DNA from: Caldisphaera sp. | GTDB lineage: Archaea > Thermoproteota > Thermoprotei_A > Sulfolobales > Acidilobaceae | NCBI GenBank assembly: GCA_049971805.1 | Contig: JBMFKU010000020.1 | Span: forward strand, 1-22,369 | DNA length: 22,369 nt | Reading direction: 5' to 3' | Shown here: positions 8,878 through 18,792 of the stretch, one piece after another | Numbering within the stretch: the first letter of the stretch is position 1 | How the letters are laid out: every line of letters begins with the position of its first letter | The notes under the pieces: generated by a model | Told to the model about the DNA's origin: nothing | The model's database searches: none | The model's input: the letters and a program-made list of their open reading frames with translations, nothing else | Position numbers and translations under genes: made by a program

Positions 8878-10380
8878 ATGAAATCGGTTAAGAAAAATTT
8901 GGTAAAAACTTTGTCGATTGGGATAGTTTTACTTTTAATTGGTTTAATGTTGTTCCCGTTTGTAAATGCTCAATCAAATGTTACTCAGCAAAGCAATCAA
9001 AATGGAGAAGAAAATAACTTAAAGAATTCTACACAAATTTTATTGAATATAACTAACACAGCAATTCAATTTGCTAAAAAATATGGAGTAAATGTTACAC
9101 AGGCTGAAAATTATTACAGCATTGCATTAAACCTTTACAATGAAGGTAATTACACAGGGGCTATTAGCTACCTCCATATGGCAATGAAAAACCTTGCTAA
9201 CCAAATGAGAACTAAACCATCTGTCATAAATGTATCCCAATTACAAGCAGAGGGCATAAAAATGCAATTATTAAGAATAGAAGAATTTGTCAACACAGAT
9301 GCAGTAATAAATTCTACATATAAAGATATGATAATTTCTCAAATAAAAATGGCATTAAATAATATTACTCAAGGAAACGTTAGCAATGCGGCTAAAATAC
9401 TTACCCAAATAAAGGAAGAATTAATGCAAATTTCTGTTAATATATCAAATGTTGCTAAAGAAAAGGTAGCTAAATTTATCAAAAATAGGTTTGAGAATGA
9501 TGCAAACAAAATAAATAAATTGTTTCAAGATGAGTTCGGAAATGCGTCTTCGGTATATGGAAATGCACAATTAACCGTCACGCCCGTTATGGAGTTGGTC
9601 GAAAATCAATTATCAAAAAATGCAACCAATTTAAGCATTGATGAATATTCTCATTTATTGATAGCATTAAACAACCTAGAGGGTATAGTTATGACTCAAA
9701 GGCTATCCTTTGTTGTAAATCAAACTGGGAGGATGAATTTTATTTGGCCAATGCTGATAAAAATAAATGTAATAAATGCTTCACTGCAGCAAGCAAGCGA
9801 AATAGTTCAAAACAACACAACTTTGAGTAAAGCAGTTAACTTAATGGAGTCTTCACTTAATTTAACTAAATATTCAATAAAAGAATATACCTTAGGCTTT
9901 GATAATGTTGCATTATCCTTGATAAATGAATCAATACAAGAAGATAAAGAAGCACAAAATATTTTAAGCAATACACAATTAATGATGGTTAACAGGCTTA
10001 TTATGATATCAAACAGAATACTTGTCCTTGACTATAGAATTAATTACACTATAGAGAATAGCATTATAATAGGGAAAAATGTCACAGTTATAGGATTTTT
10101 GGTGTGGAATTTAACAAATAACAGCTATTTAATGGTGGGCCATATGATAGGAATTCAGAGCAGGGGGTTTATGCCATATATGGACAATACTTGGCAATTA
10201 ATAATAATTAATATAACGAAAAATACAGTAATAAATGGTAAATTAAGCTTAGACTCATTAGTAAAGGTAAATGGTATAATTACTGGCAAGTACTATACAA
10301 TATATGAATTAAATGCAACGCAAGTTAATGTTTTATCATACATGTTTAATAATTTCTCAATGAGCGATTACAATTCATAA
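8878..10380 (+). CDS. Secreted helical-repeat glycoprotein with C-terminal OB-fold-like (DUF5666-like) domain
   Basis: Signal peptide (KK, hydrophobic stretch, VNA/Q), about 25 N-x-S/T sequons counted by eye, helical 'GVNVTQAENYYSIALNLYNEGNYTGA' units, beta-rich C-terminus 'INITKNTVINGKLSLDSLVKVNG...LNATQVNV'. GGTGG SD. Confidence 0.7.
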   Translation: MKSVKKNLVKTLSIGIVLLLIGLMLFPFVNAQSNVTQQSNQNGEENNLKNSTQILLNITNTAIQFAKKYGVNVTQAENYYSIALNLYNEGNYTGAISYLHMAMKNLANQMRTKPSVINVSQLQAEGIKMQLLRIEEFVNTDAVINSTYKDMIISQIKMALNNITQGNVSNAAKILTQIKEELMQISVNISNVAKEKVAKFIKNRFENDANKINKLFQDEFGNASSVYGNAQLTVTPVMELVENQLSKNATNLSIDEYSHLLIALNNLEGIVMTQRLSFVVNQTGRMNFIWPMLIKINVINASLQQASEIVQNNTTLSKAVNLMESSLNLTKYSIKEYTLGFDNVALSLINESIQEDKEAQNILSNTQLMMVNRLIMISNRILVLDYRINYTIENSIIIGKNVTVIGFLVWNLTNNSYLMVGHMIGIQSRGFMPYMDNTWQLIIINITKNTVINGKLSLDSLVKVNGIITGKYYTIYELNATQVNVLSYMFNNFSMSDYNS

Positions 10381-10400
10381 AAATTAAGGAGGATATAAAA

Positions 10401-11105
10401 ATGAAAAATAACAAAAGAAAAATATTTTTAACTATATTAATCTTTTCTTTTCTAGCCCTATCACCGATTATAGCTAAAGCAAATAATCAGATTAATTTAG
10501 ATCAATATGGAAATCTTATAGGATTTTTTGAAATTAATGTTACAAATGCTCCCACACAAATAACTATCAAGGTTCCTGGAAATGTTACTGGCTATGAGGC
10601 TATAGATTTAAATAATAATGATCCTTTACCAATAAGCTATTCAAATGGTTTATTAACAATACTGGTAACTAATAGCTCTTTGGTAAACATATCCTTTATT
10701 TCACTAAATGCAGCAATACAAAATGGTAATTTGTTTTCAATAAATTTAGAGCTACCAGTTGAATCAAACATTAGCTTTCCTAATAATGCAGTTTTAATAT
10801 ACACTAATTCTACAATTGTATCTTCAAAAAACAATACATTAACTGTTTTACCTGGTAATGTTACCTTTAAGTACTCTATAGCTAATCAAACCACTACAAG
10901 TATTACTAGCACGACAACTGTGATTTCAAGTATAACTACGACAAGCACGTCTATATCAGCAACTTCAAGTTTAACAACTACAAGCACGAAATCAAGCACA
11001 ACTACAAGTAAGCTAAGTTACCCTAGCTATTATATCGCAATAGGAATAATTGTTGTAATACTAATAATAATTATAGCCTTTTTAATTATAAGAAAGAAGA
11101 CCTAA
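10401..11105 (+). CDS. Cell-surface protein: signal peptide, beta-rich domain, Ser/Thr linker, C-terminal TM anchor
   Basis: AKA/N signal cleavage, about 9 sequons, about 45-aa S/T-rich stretch, hydrophobic helix followed by RKKT. AGGAGG SD. 20 bp downstream of the previous gene. Confidence 0.8.
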   Translation: MKNNKRKIFLTILIFSFLALSPIIAKANNQINLDQYGNLIGFFEINVTNAPTQITIKVPGNVTGYEAIDLNNNDPLPISYSNGLLTILVTNSSLVNISFISLNAAIQNGNLFSINLELPVESNISFPNNAVLIYTNSTIVSSKNNTLTVLPGNVTFKYSIANQTTTSITSTTTVISSITTTSTSISATSSLTTTSTKSSTTTSKLSYPSYYIAIGIIVVILIIIIAFLIIRKKT

Positions 11106-11192
11106 CCTTCAGCTTTAAAGTAAGAACTTTTTATTTGAAAATCTATATAAAATTTTTATTTGTATATAAATAACTTATATATGGTGAAATAT

Positions 11193-11774
11193 ATGAATTC
11201 GAAAGGCGAAGAACCTTGGCATTATGGGTTTGAACATAAACAAATAGATGAAAAGCTTATAGAAAGGCTTATAGAAAAAATCCAAATAAAAGAAGATGAT
11301 TTAATAGCAGATCTAGCTTCGGGCCCGGGTAGATTTTCAATAGAGTTTGCAAAAAGAGTTAACAAAGGTCTTGTTTATGCCATAGATATATCTGAAGAAG
11401 CTTTAGAGACTTTAAAGGATTCCTTAAACAAGAAAAAAATTAATAATGTAAAAATATTATTAGCTGATATTTCAAAAAAGATACCCCTAGATAACAATAG
11501 CATTGACATAGTTTTCATGGCAAATGCTTTTCATGGTTTTGTACATGGAGGAACATGGAGCAATGTATTAAAAGAAGCTTATAGAATTTTAAAAAGTGAT
11601 GGAAAACTAGCCATACTAGAATTCAAAAAAACTCATAGACCTCCTGGTCCACCAATAAACATAAGAATCTCATACGAAGAACTATCAGAATTGCTATTAA
11701 AGGAAAAATTTACTCCAATACTTGTAGATGACATTGAAGATAACCATTATTTAGTTATCAGTAGACCCAAGTGA
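11193..11774 (+). CDS. Class I SAM-dependent methyltransferase (UbiE-like)
   Basis: ADLASGPG (motif I), YAIDIS, 'LDNNSIDIVFMANAFH', 'RILKSDGKLAILEF'. Start moved from 11160 to ATG 11193, which has GGTGA at 11183-11187. Confidence 0.88.
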   Translation: MNSKGEEPWHYGFEHKQIDEKLIERLIEKIQIKEDDLIADLASGPGRFSIEFAKRVNKGLVYAIDISEEALETLKDSLNKKKINNVKILLADISKKIPLDNNSIDIVFMANAFHGFVHGGTWSNVLKEAYRILKSDGKLAILEFKKTHRPPGPPINIRISYEELSELLLKEKFTPILVDDIEDNHYLVISRPK

Positions 11775-11862
11775 TAGTAATATCCGATAATATTATTAAT
11801 TTTTGAGATTATAATTATTTAGTTAACAGTTTTTTCTGTCCGCATCTACAATTTCATTTTAA

Positions 11863-12173
11863 TCATTTGTGATTAAGTTTAGTGTATTAGGCCTAGCCCT
11901 TTTAATGTTGGTGGATTTTAGGCTCTTTGAGCCCAATAGTGCTGGTTTTTTATCCCTTGCTTTACACACTTTTTAGACACACTAACTCTTGAAACAGTAC
12001 TCTTATTGATTTTCTATGGAAATTTGGAATCATTTGTAAAACCATTATTACCATTTTCATATGATAATATAAGTGCCGTTATAGCTGGAATAATCCTATT
12101 TGTTATAGCAGAACGCAGTGCTTATTTAACTGAAGAATTGCAAACAACAATAAACGCTCTAAAAGAACCTTAA
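11863..12173 (+). pseudogene. Frameshifted fragment of a DUF1286/YdjM-like membrane metal-dependent hydrolase
   Basis: Frame A '...AGFLSLALHTF*' joins frame B 'LDTLTLE...FSYDNISAVIAGIILFVIAE...' if one T is added to the T5 run at 11970-11974, giving an HxxLDxLT motif. In-frame stop at 11860 and no clear start. Confidence 0.55.
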
Positions 12174-12251
12174 TTCTTTAAGTTTCTCACTTTTTATCTA
12201 TTATTTTTATTTTGGTCTCTATTTTAAAATCTTATTTTAATAGAGGGTAAA

Positions 12252-13862
12252 ATGAACTTTATAGATAGGGTTCCTAGATATATTAGGATCTTAATAGGAA
12301 TACCATCAGTCTTTATAATATTAAAAGTCTATAACATAAAAATTTTTCCAAAATTATGGATTCCTAATTATTTTTACCTGGCTTTATTTATTTTACCTAT
12401 TTTTGTTACTGTTTATTTATTCTACTATTTTAAAAAACATAAAAAGATTATTTCTCAAACACAAAAAAATAACTATAATATATTTGAAATAGAGTTTAAT
12501 GGAAGTAAAGAAGATTCTATAAATTTGATATCAAGCTTAATAAAGGATAGATCAAGAAATGGTAAAATAAAATATGGCATTATATCAATAACTAGTGGTA
12601 GCTATTCCAGGTCATTCATTATTGTAGGAGGAATAAATGAAAAAGATGTAGAGATTGAATCAGAAGTACTAAAGACTTTGCTATCTACATCTTTTAAGAA
12701 CATAAAAATAAAAGATGTAGAGATAAGAGAAAAAGAGTTATTATATAATGCCATAGACAGCATATCCCCTATTGGTAAAGGGGAAATTCTACTTATACTT
12801 CCAGAAAAGGGAATACAAGCAAATAGCCATAATGAAATATATCTAGGCAAGGCATTTGATGGAGCATATTCAAGAGATATTTATTTAAGCAAAAACGATT
12901 TGGAAAATCATGTAGCTATATTTGGCTCTACTGGTAATGGAAAATCAACAACAGCAGTAACTTTAGCATACAGATCATCACCTTTCTGCAATGTGTTGAT
13001 ATTAGATTGGACAGGAGAATATGAAGAGAGTTTAAAGGATTCAAACATCATTTCAGTATTAAGTAACCCATTCGATCCTTTCAAAATAAAAGAAGTTAAT
13101 GGTAGAGAAGATATATTGATAGATTCATTAAGTTCAAGCTTAGGCCTAACTCAACCACAGCAATACATGTTAATGAAGATAATAGAAGATAATAGACCTT
13201 CTTCCTTATCTGATTTAATCAAAAAGATAGAAAACTATGAAGAAGAAAGTAGATGGGACAGAGACGTAAAAAGAGGCCTACTAAGAAAAATTGAAATGCT
13301 AAACAATTCTGTTAAAGAAAACAAAAATTCTTTCAGTATTGATATGATAAAGAATGGTATAAATATAGTGAGGTTAAGTGAAATAAATAGCATAAACGCT
13401 AGAAAGGCATTTGCATTGTTTCTTTTAGCAATAATTTATCTAGAAAAAAGTAGAAATGGTAGAAATCTTTTAATAGTAATAGATGAAGCCCAAAATCTTT
13501 TAGAAAGCGAGGGAGGTAGTCTAATAGAACAAATGATGGCTGAATCAAGAAAATATGGAATCAATATTGTATTGTCAACCCAATCCCCATCTATGGTACC
13601 AAACAATATATTGTTAAATGCTAATACAAAGATAATCCATGCACTAAAAAGTGCAAGAGATAAAGAAATAATAGCTTCATCAATGAATTTAAGCCGTGAT
13701 CTATTAAATCAATTAGACAAGCTTGATAAGGGGGAAGCTATAATACAATCTGTTTCTTTACCTAATCCTATCATAGTTAGGGTTGAACCTATTAACGAGA
13801 TCAGAAATAAATCCGAGAAGGTTTTCAAAGGAAAGCCAATCGATATAGATCCCAAAGTCTGA
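12252..13862 (+). CDS. Membrane-anchored HerA/FtsK/VirB4-like ATPase (DUF87; CedB-paralog-like)
   Basis: 1-2 N-terminal TM segments, 'HVAIFGSTGNGKS' Walker A, 'LDWTGEY', 'IVIDEAQN' Walker B, 'ESRKYG' arginine finger, 'STQSPS'. Confidence 0.88.
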   Translation: MNFIDRVPRYIRILIGIPSVFIILKVYNIKIFPKLWIPNYFYLALFILPIFVTVYLFYYFKKHKKIISQTQKNNYNIFEIEFNGSKEDSINLISSLIKDRSRNGKIKYGIISITSGSYSRSFIIVGGINEKDVEIESEVLKTLLSTSFKNIKIKDVEIREKELLYNAIDSISPIGKGEILLILPEKGIQANSHNEIYLGKAFDGAYSRDIYLSKNDLENHVAIFGSTGNGKSTTAVTLAYRSSPFCNVLILDWTGEYEESLKDSNIISVLSNPFDPFKIKEVNGREDILIDSLSSSLGLTQPQQYMLMKIIEDNRPSSLSDLIKKIENYEEESRWDRDVKRGLLRKIEMLNNSVKENKNSFSIDMIKNGINIVRLSEINSINARKAFALFLLAIIYLEKSRNGRNLLIVIDEAQNLLESEGGSLIEQMMAESRKYGINIVLSTQSPSMVPNNILLNANTKIIHALKSARDKEIIASSMNLSRDLLNQLDKLDKGEAIIQSVSLPNPIIVRVEPINEIRNKSEKVFKGKPIDIDPKV

Positions 13863-14387
13863 ATCATAAAGCTTCTTAAAAATTAAATCAAGTGATATTT
13901 CAGGCTCTAAATTTGATGTATCTATCTCTATTACATCGTATTTATAATCATAGATCTCTTCTGCTATAAAATTAAAAGACTCTGCTAAGACATTTTCAAT
14001 GATTTTCGTTTCATCCCAACCTTTTTCTTTTAGCCTTTTCATCAATACAACAGGGTTTGTCCTTAATAATATCGTAAATATGGTGTCTTTATAAAATCTT
14101 TCATCGTCTAAAAAAAGATCTGGGTAATGGGTTACTAGTAAATAACACTTTGATCCCTTGCTTTCCTTTAAAATCTCATCTTTAAGCTTCTCTTCATCTA
14201 TAACATATGTCTCCCTTCCAGTATCGTCTGGCATCACTACATTTTTCCTTATAGCAAAATCCGATACCTCTATTACATCGCATTTATTTTCATTTGAGAT
14301 CTCATTTATGACTATACTTGTCGAGATTATACTTGCTATGCTGCTTTTTCCTGTACCTGGAGTTCCTGATACAATTATAAAATGCAT
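13758..14387 (-). CDS. Adenylate kinase AK6/Fap7 family
   Basis: GTPGTGKS P-loop, 'LLVTH' His motif, 'LRTNPVVLMKRLKEKGWDETKIIENVLAE' AK6 lid, 'EIDTS', 'IDW' near the C-terminus. Confidence 0.88.
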   Translation of the reverse strand: MHFIIVSGTPGTGKSSIASIISTSIVINEISNENKCDVIEVSDFAIRKNVVMPDDTGRETYVIDEEKLKDEILKESKGSKCYLLVTHYPDLFLDDERFYKDTIFTILLRTNPVVLMKRLKEKGWDETKIIENVLAESFNFIAEEIYDYKYDVIEIDTSNLEPEISLDLIFKKLYDSDFGIYIDWLSFENLLGFISDLVNRFNPNYDRIR

Positions 14388-14400
14388 TTTACCACCATTT

Positions 14401-15423
14401 TCATTTCATTACCCATAGCTTAGATATTTCATCTTGAGGCGGGGAATTTAGATTTGAAACAAGGCTATTGTTTTTATACAAGTTTACCTTAGGTTTATCA
14501 TCTGGATTTAAAACCCTCCCTATAATCTCATATTTAACTTTAATTGAATCCAAAACCCTTTCTATTTCATTTTTGTTGCTTGGAGGAACCGTTACTATAA
14601 TAGTCCCGCTGCTTATTAATTTTGTATAGTCTATTTTTAATTTTTGGCTTATAATTTTTGTTTCTTCTTCAACAAATATTTTATCTAAGTCAATCCTTAT
14701 ATTATGCTTTGATGCATACGCTATCTCATATAATCCACCCAGCATGCCTCCTTCAGTGGGATCATGGAGAGAATTAACTAATTTCCTTTCTGAAACTTCT
14801 AACGCTTCATTAACTATACTAATCCTTTTTATAAAATCAGATGCCCTTTCCAATATATCATTTGGTAGACCTTTTTTTAAAGCTATATCTCTAAAATCCG
14901 TTGCAATAATTGCGCTCCCTTCAAGGCCTGCAGGGTTTATTTGGTAAATTAAATCCCCCTCCTTAGCATTTCTCGTCGGATAAAAGCAATCTTTACATGA
15001 ACAACCAATCGCGGTACCAACAATTATAGGCGATATAAGGCCTGGAGTTGATTCAGTATGCCCTCCAACAATTTCCACATTTAATCTCTTAGCCTCATTC
15101 ACTGCAGATTCAACTATACTGTTAAGAGAAGAATAAAGAGAGCCTTCAGGCATAAGCATATCAAGTATTAACCATTTTGGTCTAACGCCTGTAACTGCTA
15201 AGTCATTAGTTGCAACGTCTACAGCCAATGAGCCTGCATGAAATCTTGCCTCTGTAATTGGATCAGAATGTACAGATAGAACACAAAATCCTAGATCTAT
15301 TAAAGCTGAGTCCTCTCCTATCTCAGCTCCAACTAAAGTTGAAGGTCTCTTATATGAATTTACCTTGCTTAATACAACATCATCTAATATTTCTGAAGGA
15401 AGCTTTCCAACCCATTTTGACAA
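14401..15423 (-). CDS. AIR synthase-related protein (PurM/HypE/ThiL superfamily)
   Basis: GKLP, GEDSA, SDPIT, NDLA, GGHTE, HDPTEGG and ISSG motifs. Start placed at TTG 15423 behind a GAGGCGA SD overlapping the upstream stop (track start 15456). Confidence 0.85.
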   Translation of the reverse strand: MSKWVGKLPSEILDDVVLSKVNSYKRPSTLVGAEIGEDSALIDLGFCVLSVHSDPITEARFHAGSLAVDVATNDLAVTGVRPKWLILDMLMPEGSLYSSLNSIVESAVNEAKRLNVEIVGGHTESTPGLISPIIVGTAIGCSCKDCFYPTRNAKEGDLIYQINPAGLEGSAIIATDFRDIALKKGLPNDILERASDFIKRISIVNEALEVSERKLVNSLHDPTEGGMLGGLYEIAYASKHNIRIDLDKIFVEEETKIISQKLKIDYTKLISSGTIIVTVPPSNKNEIERVLDSIKVKYEIIGRVLNPDDKPKVNLYKNNSLVSNLNSPPQDEISKLWVMK

Positions 15424-15433
15424 AAGCTTCGCC

Positions 15434-16429
15434 TCAAGTATATTGATCTCTTGCAATATTTGCTGCCTTTACCATATTAATCAATTTGGCCTTAGCTATG
15501 TCTCTAGGCAATAACTTTAATCCGCAATCTGGATCAACGTAAACCTTTTCGGGACCTATTATATCAAGCTTCATTAGCTTATCTATAGACTCCTTAATTT
15601 CGTTAACGCTTTCTACCTGCAATGTATGTACATCTACAACACCATAGCCAAGTTCTTTATTATAACCGTATTCTTTTAGATATGGCAATAACCTAAAATC
15701 GCTGTTTTTGAATTCTAAATCAAATTGATCAACAGGGTAATCCATTATATATGGTAAGAGCCTTTCCAATCTACCATAACATATATGTATTATTCTCTTT
15801 GCATCCATACCCTTAAATATATAATCAAGAGCCTCTTTTAATAGATCAGCCTCTTCTTTCCATGGTCTTGTAGACAGTGCAGGCTCATCAACCTGAACAT
15901 ATCTAGCCCCATTACTTATTGCCTCCATAAGCTCCTCTCTTATTATTTTTGCAAAATCCATTATTATTTCTTTCCTATCACCATAAAACAGATCAAAGCT
16001 CCATTCTAGCATTGTATATGGCCCTGTTATTATAGCCTTGACAGGCCTGCCTTGGCTTATTTTGCTGGCATATAAATAATCTGTTATTATCATTTCTTTT
16101 ATTCTCTCAAGGTTATTAACAATTACTGGTTTTCTAAAATAAACATTATCAAATATCCTTACCCAATCACCTTCGCTATAACCCTTTAGCCTCTGAGCAA
16201 AATATACAACCATATCTTCTCTTGACTGCTCTCCATCACTCACTATATCAACTCCCGCCTCTATATAATCATTTATAACTTCCTTTATTGAATCCTGTAT
16301 CTTTATATGAAATTCCTCTTCACTTATCTCATTTCTATCCCTTTTCTTTATTATTTCATTTGCACTACCAAGCTTTGGATAGCTACCAACAACAGTTGTA
16401 GGAAAAGTTTTAGGTACTTCATATTTCAT
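15434..16429 (-). CDS. metE: Cobalamin-independent methionine synthase, catalytic (Zn-binding) C-terminal half
   Basis: [34 protein letters not shown], Zn ligands HIC...E...PDCG. Confidence 0.93.
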   Translation of the reverse strand: MKYEVPKTFPTTVVGSYPKLGSANEIIKKRDRNEISEEEFHIKIQDSIKEVINDYIEAGVDIVSDGEQSREDMVVYFAQRLKGYSEGDWVRIFDNVYFRKPVIVNNLERIKEMIITDYLYASKISQGRPVKAIITGPYTMLEWSFDLFYGDRKEIIMDFAKIIREELMEAISNGARYVQVDEPALSTRPWKEEADLLKEALDYIFKGMDAKRIIHICYGRLERLLPYIMDYPVDQFDLEFKNSDFRLLPYLKEYGYNKELGYGVVDVHTLQVESVNEIKESIDKLMKLDIIGPEKVYVDPDCGLKLLPRDIAKAKLINMVKAANIARDQYT

Positions 16430-17457
16430 TGCCTAACTACCTCCTTTATAGGATTAATAACCTCTAGATTTAAATCATTGGCTAGTCTTTCAACAAAGCT
16501 TCCAAGCAAAAAAGTTTTTCTTATAGCAAAGTTATATGGTATGACATCAAACCATGTTGTTGTAGTTACCCCTATTTCTTCTTTTTCTATACCTATAACT
16601 CCTTTTATAGCTTCTTTAATTTTATTGTAATCATCATCATGCAATCTCCTTGCATCTATCAAACCCAATATTGGTTTTTTATCTCCAAATCCTTTTTCTT
16701 TAATCAAATTCAATGCCCTGCTAAATGAATCCGAAACATCTAGGGAAATGTAATTAACTCCAGAATCTAAGATCTTTTCATAAACATCTTTTCTTGGAAC
16801 ATCAAAATAAACTGACAGAGATGTTGGTATTTTAACTTTCTTAGTTATAACAGAAATTAAATCCCTAGCTAAAACTGCATCATCTGCTTTTATATCCTGG
16901 TCTGAAAGCATTGGTTCATCTATCTGCAAAAACCTTGCCCCACCCTTTTCAGCTTGTTCAGCCTCCATAGATAGTACCGAAGCTATGCTATAGGCTAGAT
17001 CTTCATTGCTTAACCCGGTTTGATTTTTACCCATCAATAAAATAGTGGTTGGTCCAGGAATAACGGCTTTCATACCTGCTGGATATGATACCTTGCTATA
17101 TGTTCTTATTCTATGAGGCCAAACAAATCTAGACGGATCTGGTTCCCCAGTAAATACTGGTATTCTATAGAAGAAGTTGTTATCAAAGTATCTTAACAAA
17201 CCAGTTATTGAAACATTTCTCCAAGACTCTAAGAAAGGTCTAAATATATCATGAAAGTCTATCATACCATCGCTTACATACCTCATACCAGCAGATAATT
17301 GAACTCCAATAACTGTGCTAGATGACATCGCTATAAGACTTTCATGATCTAATAATGATGATTCCCCCTTCTCTAAGTCCCTCATTGCATGCCTTACATT
17401 GGCAGATCTTGGATAGCCTCCAAGTATTTCTCCCCATATCTTTACCACTTCATTCAC
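16426..17457 (-). CDS. Split MetE N-terminal-like (non-catalytic) subunit
   Basis: GGYPR, '[12 protein letters not shown]' (compare MetE WFDTNYHY), PGPTT, QIDEP, GLIDAR. No HxC or PDCG Zn ligands. ATGA overlap with the catalytic half. Confidence 0.85.
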   Translation of the reverse strand: MNEVVKIWGEILGGYPRSANVRHAMRDLEKGESSLLDHESLIAMSSSTVIGVQLSAGMRYVSDGMIDFHDIFRPFLESWRNVSITGLLRYFDNNFFYRIPVFTGEPDPSRFVWPHRIRTYSKVSYPAGMKAVIPGPTTILLMGKNQTGLSNEDLAYSIASVLSMEAEQAEKGGARFLQIDEPMLSDQDIKADDAVLARDLISVITKKVKIPTSLSVYFDVPRKDVYEKILDSGVNYISLDVSDSFSRALNLIKEKGFGDKKPILGLIDARRLHDDDYNKIKEAIKGVIGIEKEEIGVTTTTWFDVIPYNFAIRKTFLLGSFVERLANDLNLEVINPIKEVVRQ

Positions 17458-17573
17458 CTCCTGTATTTTTTATATCAGAAAAATAAAACTTCTTCATCTC
17501 TCAATATTTTTATTAATAAACTATTTTGCAAGAATTTTATAGTCCGCAGGAAACAATTTATTTGGTGATTTTA

Positions 17574-18764
17574 TTGCCAAAAATGAAAGAAAACATTTAC
17601 ATAATAGACGGATTAAGAACCCCTATTGGGAAATTTGGCGGAGCATTAAAGGATGTCAAACCAACGGATCTTGCTGCATATACTTTAAAAAATTTAATCC
17701 AAAGAGTAGGAATATCACCTAAAGATATTGAGTTGGCTATCTATGGGCATGTGATAAGAGCAGGAACAGGTATGGACACAGCAAGACAAGTTGCTTTAAA
17801 AGCGGGTGTTCCAGAATATATTGATTCTATGACCGTAGACATGGTTTGCGCAAGCGGCATGAATTCTATAATAACTGGGGCGAATTATATACAGGCAGGC
17901 TCTTATGGTTTGATAGCAGCTGGTGGAATGGAATCAATGAGCTATGCACCTTTTTTGGTAAGTCAAAACATTAGATGGGGCGTTAGACATTTGATTGGCA
18001 GTGAAATGCAAATTTTAGATTCTATGGTCTACGATGGGCTATATGATACAGTTATAAATAAAATAATGGGGGAAGAAGCCGATTTAACTGCAATCGAATA
18101 TCAAGCGGATAGGGAATCTTTAGATAAAATCTCTTATGAATCACATACGAGAGCAGCAAAGGCATGGGATTCGGGCTTAATGAAAGACTTTGTAATACCA
18201 TACGAAGATTCTGGAAAAATAATTTTAGAGCAAGATGAAGGAATAAGAAGAGATACAACGATTGAAAAATTAAGAAAACTGAAACCAGCATTTAGCAAGG
18301 GTTTTCATACAGCGGGAAGTAGCTCTCAGATAAGCGATGGCGCAGCATCGCTATTAATTGCAAGCGAAGAAAAAGTTAGAGAAATGGGATTGAAGCCTAT
18401 AGCAAGAATTATCGGTTTTTCATTCCATGGTGTGGAAACTTGGAAATTCCCTGCAGCACCTGTAGGAGCAGTAAGGAAATTGCTCGATTCCATAGGGTGG
18501 AGCGTTAACGATGTAGACTTCTGGGAAAACAATGAGGCCTTTGCTATAAACAACTTCATATTTCACAAGGAGATAGGAGTTCCCTATGAAAAATTTAACC
18601 TGCATGGAGGGGCTATAGCTATTGGGCATCCATTGGGAATGAGCGGTGCAAGAATAACTTTAGAATTAATAAATGTACTTAGAAAACACGGAGGTAGAAG
18701 AGGGATAGCATCTATATGCCATGGTTTGGGAGGGGCTTCTGCAATTGCAATAGAACTTGTTTAA
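17574..18764 (+). CDS. Thiolase (acetyl-CoA C-acyltransferase)
   Basis: RTPIGKFGG, VCASG (catalytic Cys), DEGIR, NEAF, GHPLG, CHG. Start is TTG 17574 (after GGTGA) or ATG 17583, rather than 17526. Confidence 0.95.
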   Translation: MPKMKENIYIIDGLRTPIGKFGGALKDVKPTDLAAYTLKNLIQRVGISPKDIELAIYGHVIRAGTGMDTARQVALKAGVPEYIDSMTVDMVCASGMNSIITGANYIQAGSYGLIAAGGMESMSYAPFLVSQNIRWGVRHLIGSEMQILDSMVYDGLYDTVINKIMGEEADLTAIEYQADRESLDKISYESHTRAAKAWDSGLMKDFVIPYEDSGKIILEQDEGIRRDTTIEKLRKLKPAFSKGFHTAGSSSQISDGAASLLIASEEKVREMGLKPIARIIGFSFHGVETWKFPAAPVGAVRKLLDSIGWSVNDVDFWENNEAFAINNFIFHKEIGVPYEKFNLHGGAIAIGHPLGMSGARITLELINVLRKHGGRRGIASICHGLGGASAIAIELV

Positions 18765-18792
18765 TTAACTAAATGAGTTCTTCAATTATAAA

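Noticed and set aside
8878-11105. Call as S-layer slaA/slaB
   Set aside because: The larger protein is short and mainly helical, and the smaller has an S/T stalk rather than a coiled coil; the call cannot be supported without a search.
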